Assembly: GCA_965261085.1 (NCBI GenBank)
Contig: OZ253442.1
Coordinates: 736,001-800,000, forward strand
DNA length: 64,000 nt
Reading direction: 5' to 3'
From: a bacterium
GTDB lineage: Bacteria > UBA8248
Shown here piece by piece: positions 9,152 to 18,692 of this stretch (position 1 is the first letter of the stretch; every line of letters begins with the position of its first letter). Under the pieces are notes generated by a model. The model made no database searches. It worked only from the letters and a program-made list of their open reading frames with translations, and was not told the DNA's origin. The translations under genes and the position numbers were made by a program.

Positions 9152-10759
9152 CTACTCGACGCCCGCCTTTTCGGCTTTTTCGGGAAAGAGCGCCGCGTGG
9201 GTTTCCTCGAACAGATGTTTCCCCACGGCGAGTTGCATGGTGGCCGGCATGACCTTTTTCGCGAGCCTTATCATCTGTGTCGATTTATCGCGGATATCCC
9301 ACTGCGCATGTGGGTCTTCCCTGAGCCTCGATACGTGGTAGAGCTCGCGCGCGTTCGATGAGAACAGCACGCGGCGCTTGTGCGCGTTCGTGAGCACATA
9401 GGGCGCGGCCAGTGGTGTTTGCTCGGCGATTTTCTCGTACGCAGCGTTGGTTTCATCCACAGCGGCCTGAAATTCGGGCACGGCGCCCGCCTCGGCGATG
9501 GCGGGCGGCATGGTCACGCCCAATGCGATGTCGTAGGGCTGGGTGTTCAGGGTGGACATGCGGTGGCGTTTTAACTGCCCGAAACACGCGGCTGAGAGCG
9601 TCACCTCGAACACGCAGCGCACGTTCTCGAATTCGCGGAGGACGGCGTCGTGTCCGCGCATGAGCTTGAAGGTGGAGGCGATGAAGCGCGTGCGCTCATC
9701 CTCGCTCATGTCCCGGGTCGCCGCTTTGCAGCGCGACATGGTTTTTCCAGAGGATGAATGGAGAAGGGCCGCGGCGATGAGCGCGTCCGCGTCCGGGGTG
9801 GCGTCGATGAGTGAGACGTCTTTTTCCTCGGCGATGGGTGGAATCGGTTCGAGTTCCTCGCCGGTTCGCCAGAAGATGTCCGAAGCCGTCTCCCGGAGCG
9901 CCGCCCGGGTGTGGGTGTTGAATTCGGTGGGGTCGGTGTATTTCACCAAAGAGGGTGCTACGCCCTTGATGGAATCGTACAGACGACGCCCGTATTCGCG
10001 AACCTCCGCGAGAGGGTGGGAGGCGCAGCGGCAGATGACGTGCTCCAAGCTCCTCGCGCTGAGCGTCATGCCGATTTGTGATTCCGTGGCGAAAGAAACG
10101 ATGTAGCGCGCGTCTTCCTTGGCCCAGCCTTCGAGCGTCTTGTGGTTTCTTTTCTTGGCGGCGAGTTCCGGGTTCTGGTCGAACACCCAGGGTCTGAGCT
10201 TCTCGTAAAGCGCGTGGTAGCAGGCGTTCTGGGTTTTTATCGTCCGCACGAAGAGGTTCTTGAGACCTGCGTTTTCGATTTCTTCAGGGATGACGAAGTC
10301 GTCTTCGAGCAAAATGTAGCGCTGGCTCTTTTCGGTGTAAGCCAGGAGCCTGAACTTCTGGATCTCCTCCACCGCGTAGCGGCTCACGCCGATGACATCG
10401 ATGTTGAAGATCGCGTGTTCGGCCACGGAACTGTGCCCGTAACCGAAGATGATGTTCTGGTTGCTCTTGCGCGCCTTTTCCACCTCGACGCGCGCGATGG
10501 CGCGAAGCTCGTCGATGGGCCGCGGATCCCGGCTGATGCGCGCGTAGGACGCGCTGATGGGTTCGGGCGTCAGGTTGTCGCGATCGAGAAAATCGGCGGC
10601 CCTGCGCTGGAGTTCCGCCGCCTGCGCGCGCAGTTCCGCCTCGCTCATGGCGTCGAGGCGGTTCTCCTCCCAGCCGTGGGCGGCAGGTTCGAGTATCTCT
10701 TTTTTCATCTGGCGGAGCACGTCGACGTCTACGTTGTGACCGGCGAGAACGATGCGCAT
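9152..10759 (-). CDS. thyX: FAD-dependent thymidylate synthase, tandem two-domain form
   Basis: GHSSVAEH, TEKSQRY, KEDARY in the N-half; LKRHRMS and HAQWDIR in the C-half; 535 aa. Confidence 0.85.
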   Translation of the reverse strand: MRIVLAGHNVDVDVLRQMKKEILEPAAHGWEENRLDAMSEAELRAQAAELQRRAADFLDRDNLTPEPISASYARISRDPRPIDELRAIARVEVEKARKSNQNIIFGYGHSSVAEHAIFNIDVIGVSRYAVEEIQKFRLLAYTEKSQRYILLEDDFVIPEEIENAGLKNLFVRTIKTQNACYHALYEKLRPWVFDQNPELAAKKRNHKTLEGWAKEDARYIVSFATESQIGMTLSARSLEHVICRCASHPLAEVREYGRRLYDSIKGVAPSLVKYTDPTEFNTHTRAALRETASDIFWRTGEELEPIPPIAEEKDVSLIDATPDADALIAAALLHSSSGKTMSRCKAATRDMSEDERTRFIASTFKLMRGHDAVLREFENVRCVFEVTLSAACFGQLKRHRMSTLNTQPYDIALGVTMPPAIAEAGAVPEFQAAVDETNAAYEKIAEQTPLAAPYVLTNAHKRRVLFSSNARELYHVSRLREDPHAQWDIRDKSTQMIRLAKKVMPATMQLAVGKHLFEETHAALFPEKAEKAGVE

Positions 10760-10978
10760 GGGAGAAAGCCGTTTTCGAGGGCGGGGTAATCTTCAAAATG
10801 TATCGAAGCGCCATTATGAACCTTGAGCCGCCAAAGAACAAGAGGAAAATGAGAGAACGCCCCCCCCCGGTGTGTTCCCACTCGATGTCTCTGCTCCTTA
10901 GTTGCGGTTGTTCAAAGGTTTTGGGATGATACTTCAAATAATTGCCGCTGACGGCACGGCGCGCGTCGCGCGCCCCTC

Positions 10979-12376
10979 ATGGGAAAGAGGAGATACGTGA
11001 ACTCTCTCATCGCCCGAACCATCCTCGTAGTCACTACCCTTGCATGTTTCGGTTTGGATATCGCCGCATCCGAGGCCGGACGTCCGCGCAAGCGTCCCCC
11101 GCCGATGGTGTCCGTGGCGAAGGTGATCGAGCGCCAGGTGAGAAGCCGCCTCACCGCCGTGGGCAGCGTGGCGCCCTACCGCCGCTCTATCGTGAGCAGC
11201 GAACTCGAAGGCCGGGTGCAGTCTGCCCCGCTCCAGGTGGGCGATTTCGTCCGCGCGAACAAGACGATTCTCGCCACGGTGCAGCGCTCGGGTCTCCAGA
11301 TTGACCTGCGCATCCTGCGGGCGGAACTCGAAAAAGCGCGCCAGGATTTGTTGCGCCTGGAACGCGGCAAGCGCCCGGAGGAGATCGCGGCGCTTCAGGC
11401 GAAAGTGCGCGAGCGCGAAGCGCAGATGAGGAACAACGAGCTCGAACTGAACCGCGCGCGGGATCTGTATGAGAAAAAAATACTGGACAAGGCCAGCCTC
11501 GACCGCGCCGAGGCCGCCTACGAGGCCAGTTGGCAGTTGTACGAGGAGGCCTCCCGCAATCTGGACATCGCCAAACTCGGTCCCAGGGATGAGGAAAAGG
11601 CCAGCGCCAGGGCGGAGGTGGACCGGATGCGGGCGCGGATAGCCCGGGTGCGCGACGATCTGGCCAAGACGAAGATTCGCTCCCCGCTCACGGGCTTTGT
11701 TACCCAGGAGTGGGTGGAAGTCGGCCAGTGGCTGACCAAGGGGGGCCGTGTGGCCGAGGTCATCGAACTCGACAGGGTGCTGGTGCAGGCCCCGATTGCG
11801 GAGCGGCGCATATCCCTGGTGCGCGTAGGAGATGAGGCGCGCGTCGTCATCGACGCCTTGGGGGGACGGATTTTCAAGGGCCGGGTGCGCGGCGTTATCC
11901 CCCAGGCGGACCCCAAGAGCCGCACCTTCCCGGTGGAAGTCGAAATAAAGAACACCAAATCCTATGACTTAAAGGCCGGCATGTTCGCCCGCCTGAGCCT
12001 CGAATACGGTAAGGCGGCCAGGATGGTTCTGGTGCCCAAGGACGCGTTGATCCTGAGAGCGCGGGGAGCTTCTGTTTTCGTCTTCGGGAACGGGCGCGTT
12101 CGCGAGGTTTCCTTCGCGCAGGGCCGAAGCGTGGATTCTTTTACGGAAGTTCCGGGCGGCGCGCTCAAGGCCGGCATGCAGGTGGTGGTGAAGGGGAACG
12201 AGAACCTGAGAGCCGGTATGCCCGTTCGCCTTCAGGGACAGGGCGGATGGCCCGGCAGGGCGCGCGGCCCCGGAGGCGGCGGCCCCCCAAGAGGCGGTGC
12301 TCCTCGCGGAGGCGGCCCCCGAAAAGGCGAGAAACCCGCTGCGAATGCTGCGCCCAAACGAAAAGCCGGGGGATGA
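10979..12376 (+). CDS. RND efflux periplasmic adaptor (MFP)
   Basis: Lipoyl-like halves around a coiled coil, IPQADPKSRTFPV, LKAGMFA; Gly/Pro-rich tail. Confidence 0.92.
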   Translation: MGKRRYVNSLIARTILVVTTLACFGLDIAASEAGRPRKRPPPMVSVAKVIERQVRSRLTAVGSVAPYRRSIVSSELEGRVQSAPLQVGDFVRANKTILATVQRSGLQIDLRILRAELEKARQDLLRLERGKRPEEIAALQAKVREREAQMRNNELELNRARDLYEKKILDKASLDRAEAAYEASWQLYEEASRNLDIAKLGPRDEEKASARAEVDRMRARIARVRDDLAKTKIRSPLTGFVTQEWVEVGQWLTKGGRVAEVIELDRVLVQAPIAERRISLVRVGDEARVVIDALGGRIFKGRVRGVIPQADPKSRTFPVEVEIKNTKSYDLKAGMFARLSLEYGKAARMVLVPKDALILRARGASVFVFGNGRVREVSFAQGRSVDSFTEVPGGALKAGMQVVVKGNENLRAGMPVRLQGQGGWPGRARGPGGGGPPRGGAPRGGGPRKGEKPAANAAPKRKAGG

Positions 12377-12457
12377 TGCGGCTGTGTCTCAAGTCGGTCA
12401 GCCGTCTGTAATGGTGTAAATAGGCCCGCCTCTTGATGAATTTTTAAGCTTGAATTT

Positions 12458-13237
12458 TTATGCGGCCATGAGTATACGTTCGAGTTCATCTGGTCGAGAC
12501 CAAAGAGCTATCTCCGAGTGTTGCTCCACCAATCTGAAATCTTCTTCCCGCCATACGTCTTCTGTGTCGTCAAAGAGAGAAATCAGCCCTAAATGAGATT
12601 GACTGACTTTTAGATGATTAAGATCGACACACCCCGCGAGGACGTGTTCCGTAATCCCTCGCGCCGCCCCCCGAGAGCCAGTGCTCAGCAAAAAAATAAG
12701 TGAAGTGCGGTCATTCGTACGGGTTTGGTAGTCAACTACCCAGTGTCGTCCCGATCTACCGTTTAGTTTTACACCCCGATCAAAAGGGATCTCTTTTTCA
12801 AGGAGCCACTCGTTTACTTCGTCCATAACTGTTTCAACTGCCCGCGTACGCAGCGTGAACCACAAGTCAGAAACGCGCACGGCTGCCTGCGCGAGACGGA
12901 GGATTGACTCCCCTAGAATATTGACTGTTTCGGATCGTAGTATGAGTTGGCCACGATACAGTTCTACACCCAATGTCTGGCATGTATCATGGACCATGCG
13001 ATTCTGCTTTGGAGACCGTTTCTTACTCAAGGATTGCATACGCAACCAGCCCAGAGTCTCTCCGAAATCGGTCACATGGTAGTGTCCATCTTTCTCTACT
13101 ACGAACACATCCACCATGCCTCCGTCGGGATACATGAGCGGAGTGCGCACGCGCATACCCTCGTGCGGAGCAGATGAGCACTCGAACAGAGGAGGCAGCG
13201 TTGTTCGAATAGAATCACACAGTTTCTCTATGTTCAT
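12458..13237 (-). CDS. DUF1828 domain-like protein
   Basis: RTPLMYPDGGMVDVF, VTDFGETLGWL and GRSGRHWVVD motifs; ATGA overlap with the upstream gene. Confidence 0.78.
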   Translation of the reverse strand: MNIEKLCDSIRTTLPPLFECSSAPHEGMRVRTPLMYPDGGMVDVFVVEKDGHYHVTDFGETLGWLRMQSLSKKRSPKQNRMVHDTCQTLGVELYRGQLILRSETVNILGESILRLAQAAVRVSDLWFTLRTRAVETVMDEVNEWLLEKEIPFDRGVKLNGRSGRHWVVDYQTRTNDRTSLIFLLSTGSRGAARGITEHVLAGCVDLNHLKVSQSHLGLISLFDDTEDVWREEDFRLVEQHSEIALWSRPDELERILMAA

Positions 13238-13689
13238 ATCGGCAACTCCTCTTGGATGCCGAGCGGATACATTCTTCCCTTGTGTTGAATATTCGCCTCC
13301 GCACAGAACTGGCTCCAAACTTCCATTGGTTGATTCCAAGGCGCGGTAATGTCCTCAGGCACATACGCTTGTTTATCGCGAAAGCCCTCCTGCCAGCGAT
13401 GCTTATGTTTTTCACCTATGCGATTGCAATCTGGATTATGGTGGTCGGCCCCTAGGTCGAGCGCATAAATCCGACCCGCGCTACGATGAACAAGAGCGTA
13501 AGATAAAGTCCCAGTAAGGTAGTTGTAGCGACCAATCAAGAAAAGAGGATAGCCAGCCTCAGATTCGACATTTACCCTAAACTCACGTGCAGGAGAGTGA
13601 TCCTCGTCTTCAGTCCATTTAATTCCTTCGACAATTGACTTAGTGTCGTCGTCAAGGATTGTCTCGAATTCCTGTTGACTAATCGTCAT
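13234..13689 (-). CDS. DUF6978-like His-rich protein
   Basis: LDLGADHHNPD, HKHRW and FCAEANIQH motifs; start moved to MTISQQEF. Confidence 0.7.
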   Translation of the reverse strand: MTISQQEFETILDDDTKSIVEGIKWTEDEDHSPAREFRVNVESEAGYPLFLIGRYNYLTGTLSYALVHRSAGRIYALDLGADHHNPDCNRIGEKHKHRWQEGFRDKQAYVPEDITAPWNQPMEVWSQFCAEANIQHKGRMYPLGIQEELPI

Positions 13690-13928
13690 GAATCTTTCCT
13701 TTTTTTCAGAATTCACCCCAATAACGATGCTACCAGACATCGTCCAGAACTCTGTAGTTAGTTTTTCCATGCGGGGATTATGGCATGGCGAATGAGATAA
13801 TCAACCTTCTTTCCGAGGTATGGCCCTTGCCGCACGAATGGGATATCCTATCCAAGAGCCAATAGGCAAGGTGAACGCCGTTTCACCCTGAGGGACTCAA
13901 AAGCAGAGCCGCCGAAGAAGGAGAGGGC

Positions 13929-16900
13929 ATGAATCTGCCCCGCGCGAGCGTCAAATACCCCGTGACGACCACCGTCGGCGTGATACTGGCGGTGCTCTTC
14001 GGCGCTATCAGCCTCTACCGGATTCCTGTGCAGATGACGCCCACGGTCGACAGGCCCGTCATCACCGTGGAAACCGAATACAAGGGCGCCGCACCCCTCG
14101 AGGTGGAAGAAGAGGTGTCCAAACCCATCGAGGAGAAACTCACCTCGGTGGAGGGCCTCAACCGGATGACCTCGCGCAGCGAGGAGGGTAAATCGCGCGT
14201 CGTCCTCGAGTTCGACTGGGACGTGGACAAGGACGTGGCCCGCCTCGACGTCTCGGAAAAACTGGGACTCGTCCGCAACCTGCCCGATGATTCTGACCGC
14301 TCCACCATCAGCGCCCTCAACTCCGACTCGGAAAACCCCATCGCCTGGGTGATCGTCGAAACCAAACTCCCCATCAACGATGTCCGCGTGGAGGGAGACG
14401 CCGTCATCCGGCCCAAGCTCGAGCGCGTGGAGGGCGTGGGACAGGTGTGGATGTTCGGCGGCCAGGACAGGGAGGTGCGCGTCACGCTCGATTACGCCGC
14501 CATGAGCGCGCGCGGAATCACGGTTACCGCACTGCGAGAAGCCCTGCGGCGCGAGAACAAAAACACCAAGGCGGGAAGGATCGACGAGGGCAAGCGCCGC
14601 TACGCGGTGCGCACGGTGGGCAATTTCACGCGCCTCGATCAGGTGCGCAACACCATCATCGCGCAAAACGGAAACAGCGCGGTCTACCTGCGCGACGTCG
14701 CGAAGGTTTCCTTCGACTACGGGGATCCCGAGCGGCGGATCCGCATCCGGCAAGTGCCGACCATGGGTTTCGGTGTTTTGCGGAAAACGGGCGCCAACAC
14801 CATCGAGGTGATGGCGGGGGTCAAAAAGGCGATCGCCGAGGTCAACGAAATCTACGCGGGGCGCGGCATCAGGCTCAGGCAGGTCTATGACGAGACCGAC
14901 TACATCCACCAGTCCCGCTCCCTGGTGATCAACAACATCTTCGTAGGCGGCGCGCTGGCGATAGGCGTGCTGCTCCTGTTCCTGGGGAGCCTCTCGAGCG
15001 TGATGGTCATCGGCGTCGCCATACCGGTCACCGTCGTCTCCACGTTCATTTTGATTTTCGTGCTGGGCCGCTCCATCAACATCATCTCTCTGGCGGGCAT
15101 GGCGTTTGCCGTCGGCATGGTGGTGGACAACTCCGTCGTGGTGCTGGAGAACATCTTCCGGCACCGCGAGATGGGAAAAACCAAGCGGAACGCCGCAATA
15201 GACGGCGCGCAGGAGGTCTGGGGAGCCGTGCTGGCCTCGACGCTGACCACGCTGGCCGTATTCATCCCCGTGGTGTTCGTCCAGGACGAGTCGGGCCAGC
15301 TCTTCCGCGACATCGCGATCGCCATCAGCGTGGCGGTGGCGCTTTCACTCGTGGTGTCGATCTCCGTGGTTCCGATGCTGAGTTCGCGCATCCTGGGCGA
15401 TGCGGGAACAACCTCCCCGCTGGCCCGCCTGTTCCGACTCCTGGGCGTTTACGCTTTGGGGAGGTTTTGCCGGCGGATCTACGTGGGCACTCTGGGCTGG
15501 CTGCTCAAAGGGGTGATCAGGCGTCTCCTGGTGGCTACGATGATCACGGCGGGCGCCATCGTTCTGGCGGTTCAGTTCTTCCCTCCCATCGACTATCTGC
15601 CCAAGGGCAACCGCAACCTCCTGTTCGCGTTTCTGCGTACGCCTCCGGGCCTGAACCTCGACGAGATGGACAGAATCGTGCGGAACCTCGAGGCGCGGCT
15701 CGCGCGCGTCGAGGAGGTCGACCGTTTTTTCGCCGTGGCGCGCGCGCAAAACCCCATCATCGGCATGATCGTGAAAAAAGAACATTCCGATCTCGACTCC
15801 ATGCGGCGCCTCGTGGGCAAATTGTTCGGAACCCTCCAGGGAACGCCCGGGGTGCGCGCGTTCGTCACCCAGGCGTCGTTGTTCAGGCGGCGCGGTTCGG
15901 GCTTCATCGGCGGGATCAACTTACAGGTCGACATCACCGGAAACAGCCTGAACGAGATTCAGCGCATCGCCGCCGACGTGAGCGCCCGCGCGCGCGGGCT
16001 CGAGGGCGTGCGTTTCGTGAACTCGAGCTTCGACCTCGGAAACCCCGAACTTCAGGTGCACGTGGATCGCCAGAAGGCGACGGAGTTCGGCCTGTCGGTC
16101 TCTGAAATAGGAGGGGTCGTGGAAACGCTCGTGAACGGGACCAAGGCGGGAATTTTCCGCGATCGCGGAGAGGAACTCGACATCATACTGCGCGGGCCGC
16201 TTTCCGATTTCACCAGGACGCAGCGGATATCAGAGATCAAGGTGCACACACCCGAGGGCCAGGTCGTCGCGCTCGGGGACATCGCCGAGGTCCGGGCGGC
16301 TCTGGGGCCGACCAAGGTCGAGCATATCGACCGCGACCGCTCCGTGTCGCTTACGGTCAACATCGGAAACGAACTGCCGCTTCAGGTGGCGATAGACAAG
16401 ATGAAACAAGAAGTCATCGACCCGATGCGCAAGACGCTTCCGCTCGGCTATTCGCTGAACGTGAGCGGACGGGCGAAGGATTTGGAGAGAACCTGGGGGT
16501 CGCTCAAGTGGTCGCTTTTGCTCGCGATTCTGATCACCTATCTGTTGATGGCGGCCTTGTTCGAGGCGTGGAGCTATCCGCTCATCATCATGTTCAGCGT
16601 ACCCTTCGCCGCCACGGGCGGCGTGCTGATGGTGAGCCTCATGAACTCGATAGAATCCTCGGTGAAGATGGACACGCTCACGATGCTGGGCTTCATCATC
16701 CTGACGGGTATCGTGGTGAATAACGCGATTCTGCTTGTCCACCAGGCGCTGAACCATTTCCGCGCAGGTCTCCCCATGCGCGAGGCTATCTTGGAGAGCG
16801 CGCGGGACAGAATGCGCCCCATCTTCATGACGACCACGACGACCGTGCTCGGCATGCTACCCCTGGTGCTCTCCTCAGGTTCGGGCAGCGAACTCTACCG

Positions 16901-17147
16901 GGGGCTGGGCTCGGCCGTGCTGGGCGGACTGGCCATGTCCACGCTGTTCACCTTGTTGCTGATACCGGTCGTCTTCTCCTTGTGGGTGGATTTCCTGGAG
17001 TTCATCCGGCCGGCCGGCTTCGCCGCGGCCGCCGCCGCGCCGAGCGGCGCCAGCGGTGCGCCCTCTGCTCGCGTAAGACCCCGGAAAGCCGTCAACCTCA
17101 TCGAGGAGGAGGAAGAGGAAGCTGGATGCGTCAAGCGAGGAATCTAA
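13929..17147 (+). CDS. RND efflux permease (AcrB/AcrD/AcrF family)
   Basis: 1072 aa; GMVVDNSVVVLENI, GIVVNNAIL and RMRPIFMTT motifs. Confidence 0.96.
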   Translation: MNLPRASVKYPVTTTVGVILAVLFGAISLYRIPVQMTPTVDRPVITVETEYKGAAPLEVEEEVSKPIEEKLTSVEGLNRMTSRSEEGKSRVVLEFDWDVDKDVARLDVSEKLGLVRNLPDDSDRSTISALNSDSENPIAWVIVETKLPINDVRVEGDAVIRPKLERVEGVGQVWMFGGQDREVRVTLDYAAMSARGITVTALREALRRENKNTKAGRIDEGKRRYAVRTVGNFTRLDQVRNTIIAQNGNSAVYLRDVAKVSFDYGDPERRIRIRQVPTMGFGVLRKTGANTIEVMAGVKKAIAEVNEIYAGRGIRLRQVYDETDYIHQSRSLVINNIFVGGALAIGVLLLFLGSLSSVMVIGVAIPVTVVSTFILIFVLGRSINIISLAGMAFAVGMVVDNSVVVLENIFRHREMGKTKRNAAIDGAQEVWGAVLASTLTTLAVFIPVVFVQDESGQLFRDIAIAISVAVALSLVVSISVVPMLSSRILGDAGTTSPLARLFRLLGVYALGRFCRRIYVGTLGWLLKGVIRRLLVATMITAGAIVLAVQFFPPIDYLPKGNRNLLFAFLRTPPGLNLDEMDRIVRNLEARLARVEEVDRFFAVARAQNPIIGMIVKKEHSDLDSMRRLVGKLFGTLQGTPGVRAFVTQASLFRRRGSGFIGGINLQVDITGNSLNEIQRIAADVSARARGLEGVRFVNSSFDLGNPELQVHVDRQKATEFGLSVSEIGGVVETLVNGTKAGIFRDRGEELDIILRGPLSDFTRTQRISEIKVHTPEGQVVALGDIAEVRAALGPTKVEHIDRDRSVSLTVNIGNELPLQVAIDKMKQEVIDPMRKTLPLGYSLNVSGRAKDLERTWGSLKWSLLLAILITYLLMAALFEAWSYPLIIMFSVPFAATGGVLMVSLMNSIESSVKMDTLTMLGFIILTGIVVNNAILLVHQALNHFRAGLPMREAILESARDRMRPIFMTTTTTVLGMLPLVLSSGSGSELYRGLGSAVLGGLAMSTLFTLLLIPVVFSLWVDFLEFIRPAGFAAAAAAPSGASGAPSARVRPRKAVNLIEEEEEEAGCVKRGI

Positions 17148-17224
17148 CCCGTCGTCGATCTCATCTGACTTCTTGATCTTCTCGACCGTGCTATGAGGCA
17201 CGGCAAGATGGTCAAGAGGTCAGG

Positions 17225-17638
17225 TCAGGTGCTTTTCAAGTTGCGGTAGTCATCCGCAGTCAAATCCGTACCGGGCTTGAGATCCCGTCTCAGACTAATC
17301 ACGAATTCCGCAAGAGCGCGCTCCCTCTCTTGATCGGAAGACGTGGCGGTATCAGAAACGGTTGCGAGAAATGCGTAACCTGCCCTTATCACTTCGTCGG
17401 GACAGTACAACCACGCGAGGCGGATCTGCTCAATGAAACGCTTCTTCTCCACGGCATTCTGGGAGGCCACATAGAAACCGGGCAGCGACTTGAGCAGGAT
17501 CAGGTATCTTTCCTCTTTGCGTTTGTAGTTTTCCCAGCGGCGCTTGGCCCATTCATTCAAGCACCATCCTATGATCACCACACCCAACGGGACGATCACC
17601 GCCAATGATGGACTCATGTCCTTCAACGACTCCCACAT
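17225..17638 (-). CDS. hypothetical protein with N-terminal TM segment
   Basis: AAGGAGAGG RBS before MWESLKD; TM followed by a helical domain (WLYCPDEVIRA...LRRDL). Confidence 0.7.
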   Translation of the reverse strand: MWESLKDMSPSLAVIVPLGVVIIGWCLNEWAKRRWENYKRKEERYLILLKSLPGFYVASQNAVEKKRFIEQIRLAWLYCPDEVIRAGYAFLATVSDTATSSDQERERALAEFVISLRRDLKPGTDLTADDYRNLKST

Positions 17639-17831
17639 GGGTTCGATCCTCTCCTTGATCTCGAATCGTCTAAAGTGATTCCCAACCTTTGGGTACGTGG
17701 TCGCACAGGCCCTATCAGTCTCACGGCAGTCCATTTGACGCCTGACCCAAGTCGAAACCCTCTCGCCGCTACGAGCCCTCCCACGGGCACCCACGTCCTG
17801 TTTCCTTGGAGTTTAGGTTGTAGGCAGACCT

Positions 17832-18692
17832 TCACACTTTACTCACTATTCGTAATTCTGTGTCTAAAAACCAATCCCGTATTTGCGCCCAACTGTCGTA
17901 CTCTCCGAGATCTATATGTCGGGTTAGTACGAGAATATTCCTTGACACTTCATCATAACTCCACTCTGTATTTGTGAATGTTTCTGAGAAATCCGTCGCC
18001 AGTCTCTTGCAATAGGAATTGACATGCTTTATGCGTTCTCTTCTTCCGAATCCCTTGAAACACCAGACAACAACGCTAATTCTTGCTTCATTAATGTCGA
18101 CCGAGCGACATATAGTAGCTTTCACACGTTTGCTGATATTGAAAGGTTTCACGGGTCGGCTACCCCATTGATTCCAAAACTCTTTCATCAATCTTCTTTT
18201 TATAGTTCTCTCGTCATCTGTAAATAAAACTTTATCAATTTGTGATTGTGTAGGTGCTAAATCCAGGAATAGGACTACTTTGTGTTTCTCATCTTTGCTT
18301 CGAGCGATCTTCAACAGGTAGTATATTGCACCTTCTGGCTTTGATTCTTCCTTCATATTTTCATGAGAAGTCAGCCTCCGAAATTTCTCGCTGAAAGATG
18401 AAGCAACCCATATCCTGATCCTCGCTTCCAAGCTCTCTCCATAAGCCACCAGCTGTTGAAAATGTCTGGCATTGGCCGACTCAATCTGATTCTCGATTAC
18501 GACTTTAGTATTGCTTTTGGTTTCCCACGCGACGATATCCGCCCTTCCGCCAGCCGCAGATACCTCTTGTCCCAATTGAGTCAGTTCGAGTCCCGTAGAA
18601 TTCGAAACGAGTTCAAGATTGTTCTTGAGCCAAGGAGTAAAATTGTTGGCCTCGTGGGGCCACCGGTCTCGAATCCATTTTGCGTGGCTCAT
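17832..18692 (-). CDS. PD-(D/E)xK nuclease-like protein (N-domain seen in DUF4268/NucS-like proteins)
   Basis: HEANNFTPWL, RADIV, VVIENQ, QLVAY and IWVA motifs; lower GC. Confidence 0.7.
   Translation of the reverse strand: MSHAKWIRDRWPHEANNFTPWLKNNLELVSNSTGLELTQLGQEVSAAGGRADIVAWETKSNTKVVIENQIESANARHFQQLVAYGESLEARIRIWVASSFSEKFRRLTSHENMKEESKPEGAIYYLLKIARSKDEKHKVVLFLDLAPTQSQIDKVLFTDDERTIKRRLMKEFWNQWGSRPVKPFNISKRVKATICRSVDINEARISVVVWCFKGFGRRERIKHVNSYCKRLATDFSETFTNTEWSYDEVSRNILVLTRHIDLGEYDSWAQIRDWFLDTELRIVSKV

Noticed and set aside
10860-10868. C9 homopolymer in the thyX/RND divergent region as a phase-variation switch
   Set aside because: Short for a GC-rich genome and not clearly within promoter elements.
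13848-15164. Long antisense or alternate-frame ORFs (438 aa here; also 1647-2765, 5624-6688, 7308-8390, 20395-21468, 26530-27573, 59804-61108)
   Set aside because: Shadow ORFs of GC-rich genes with strong codon bias and no recognisable motifs.
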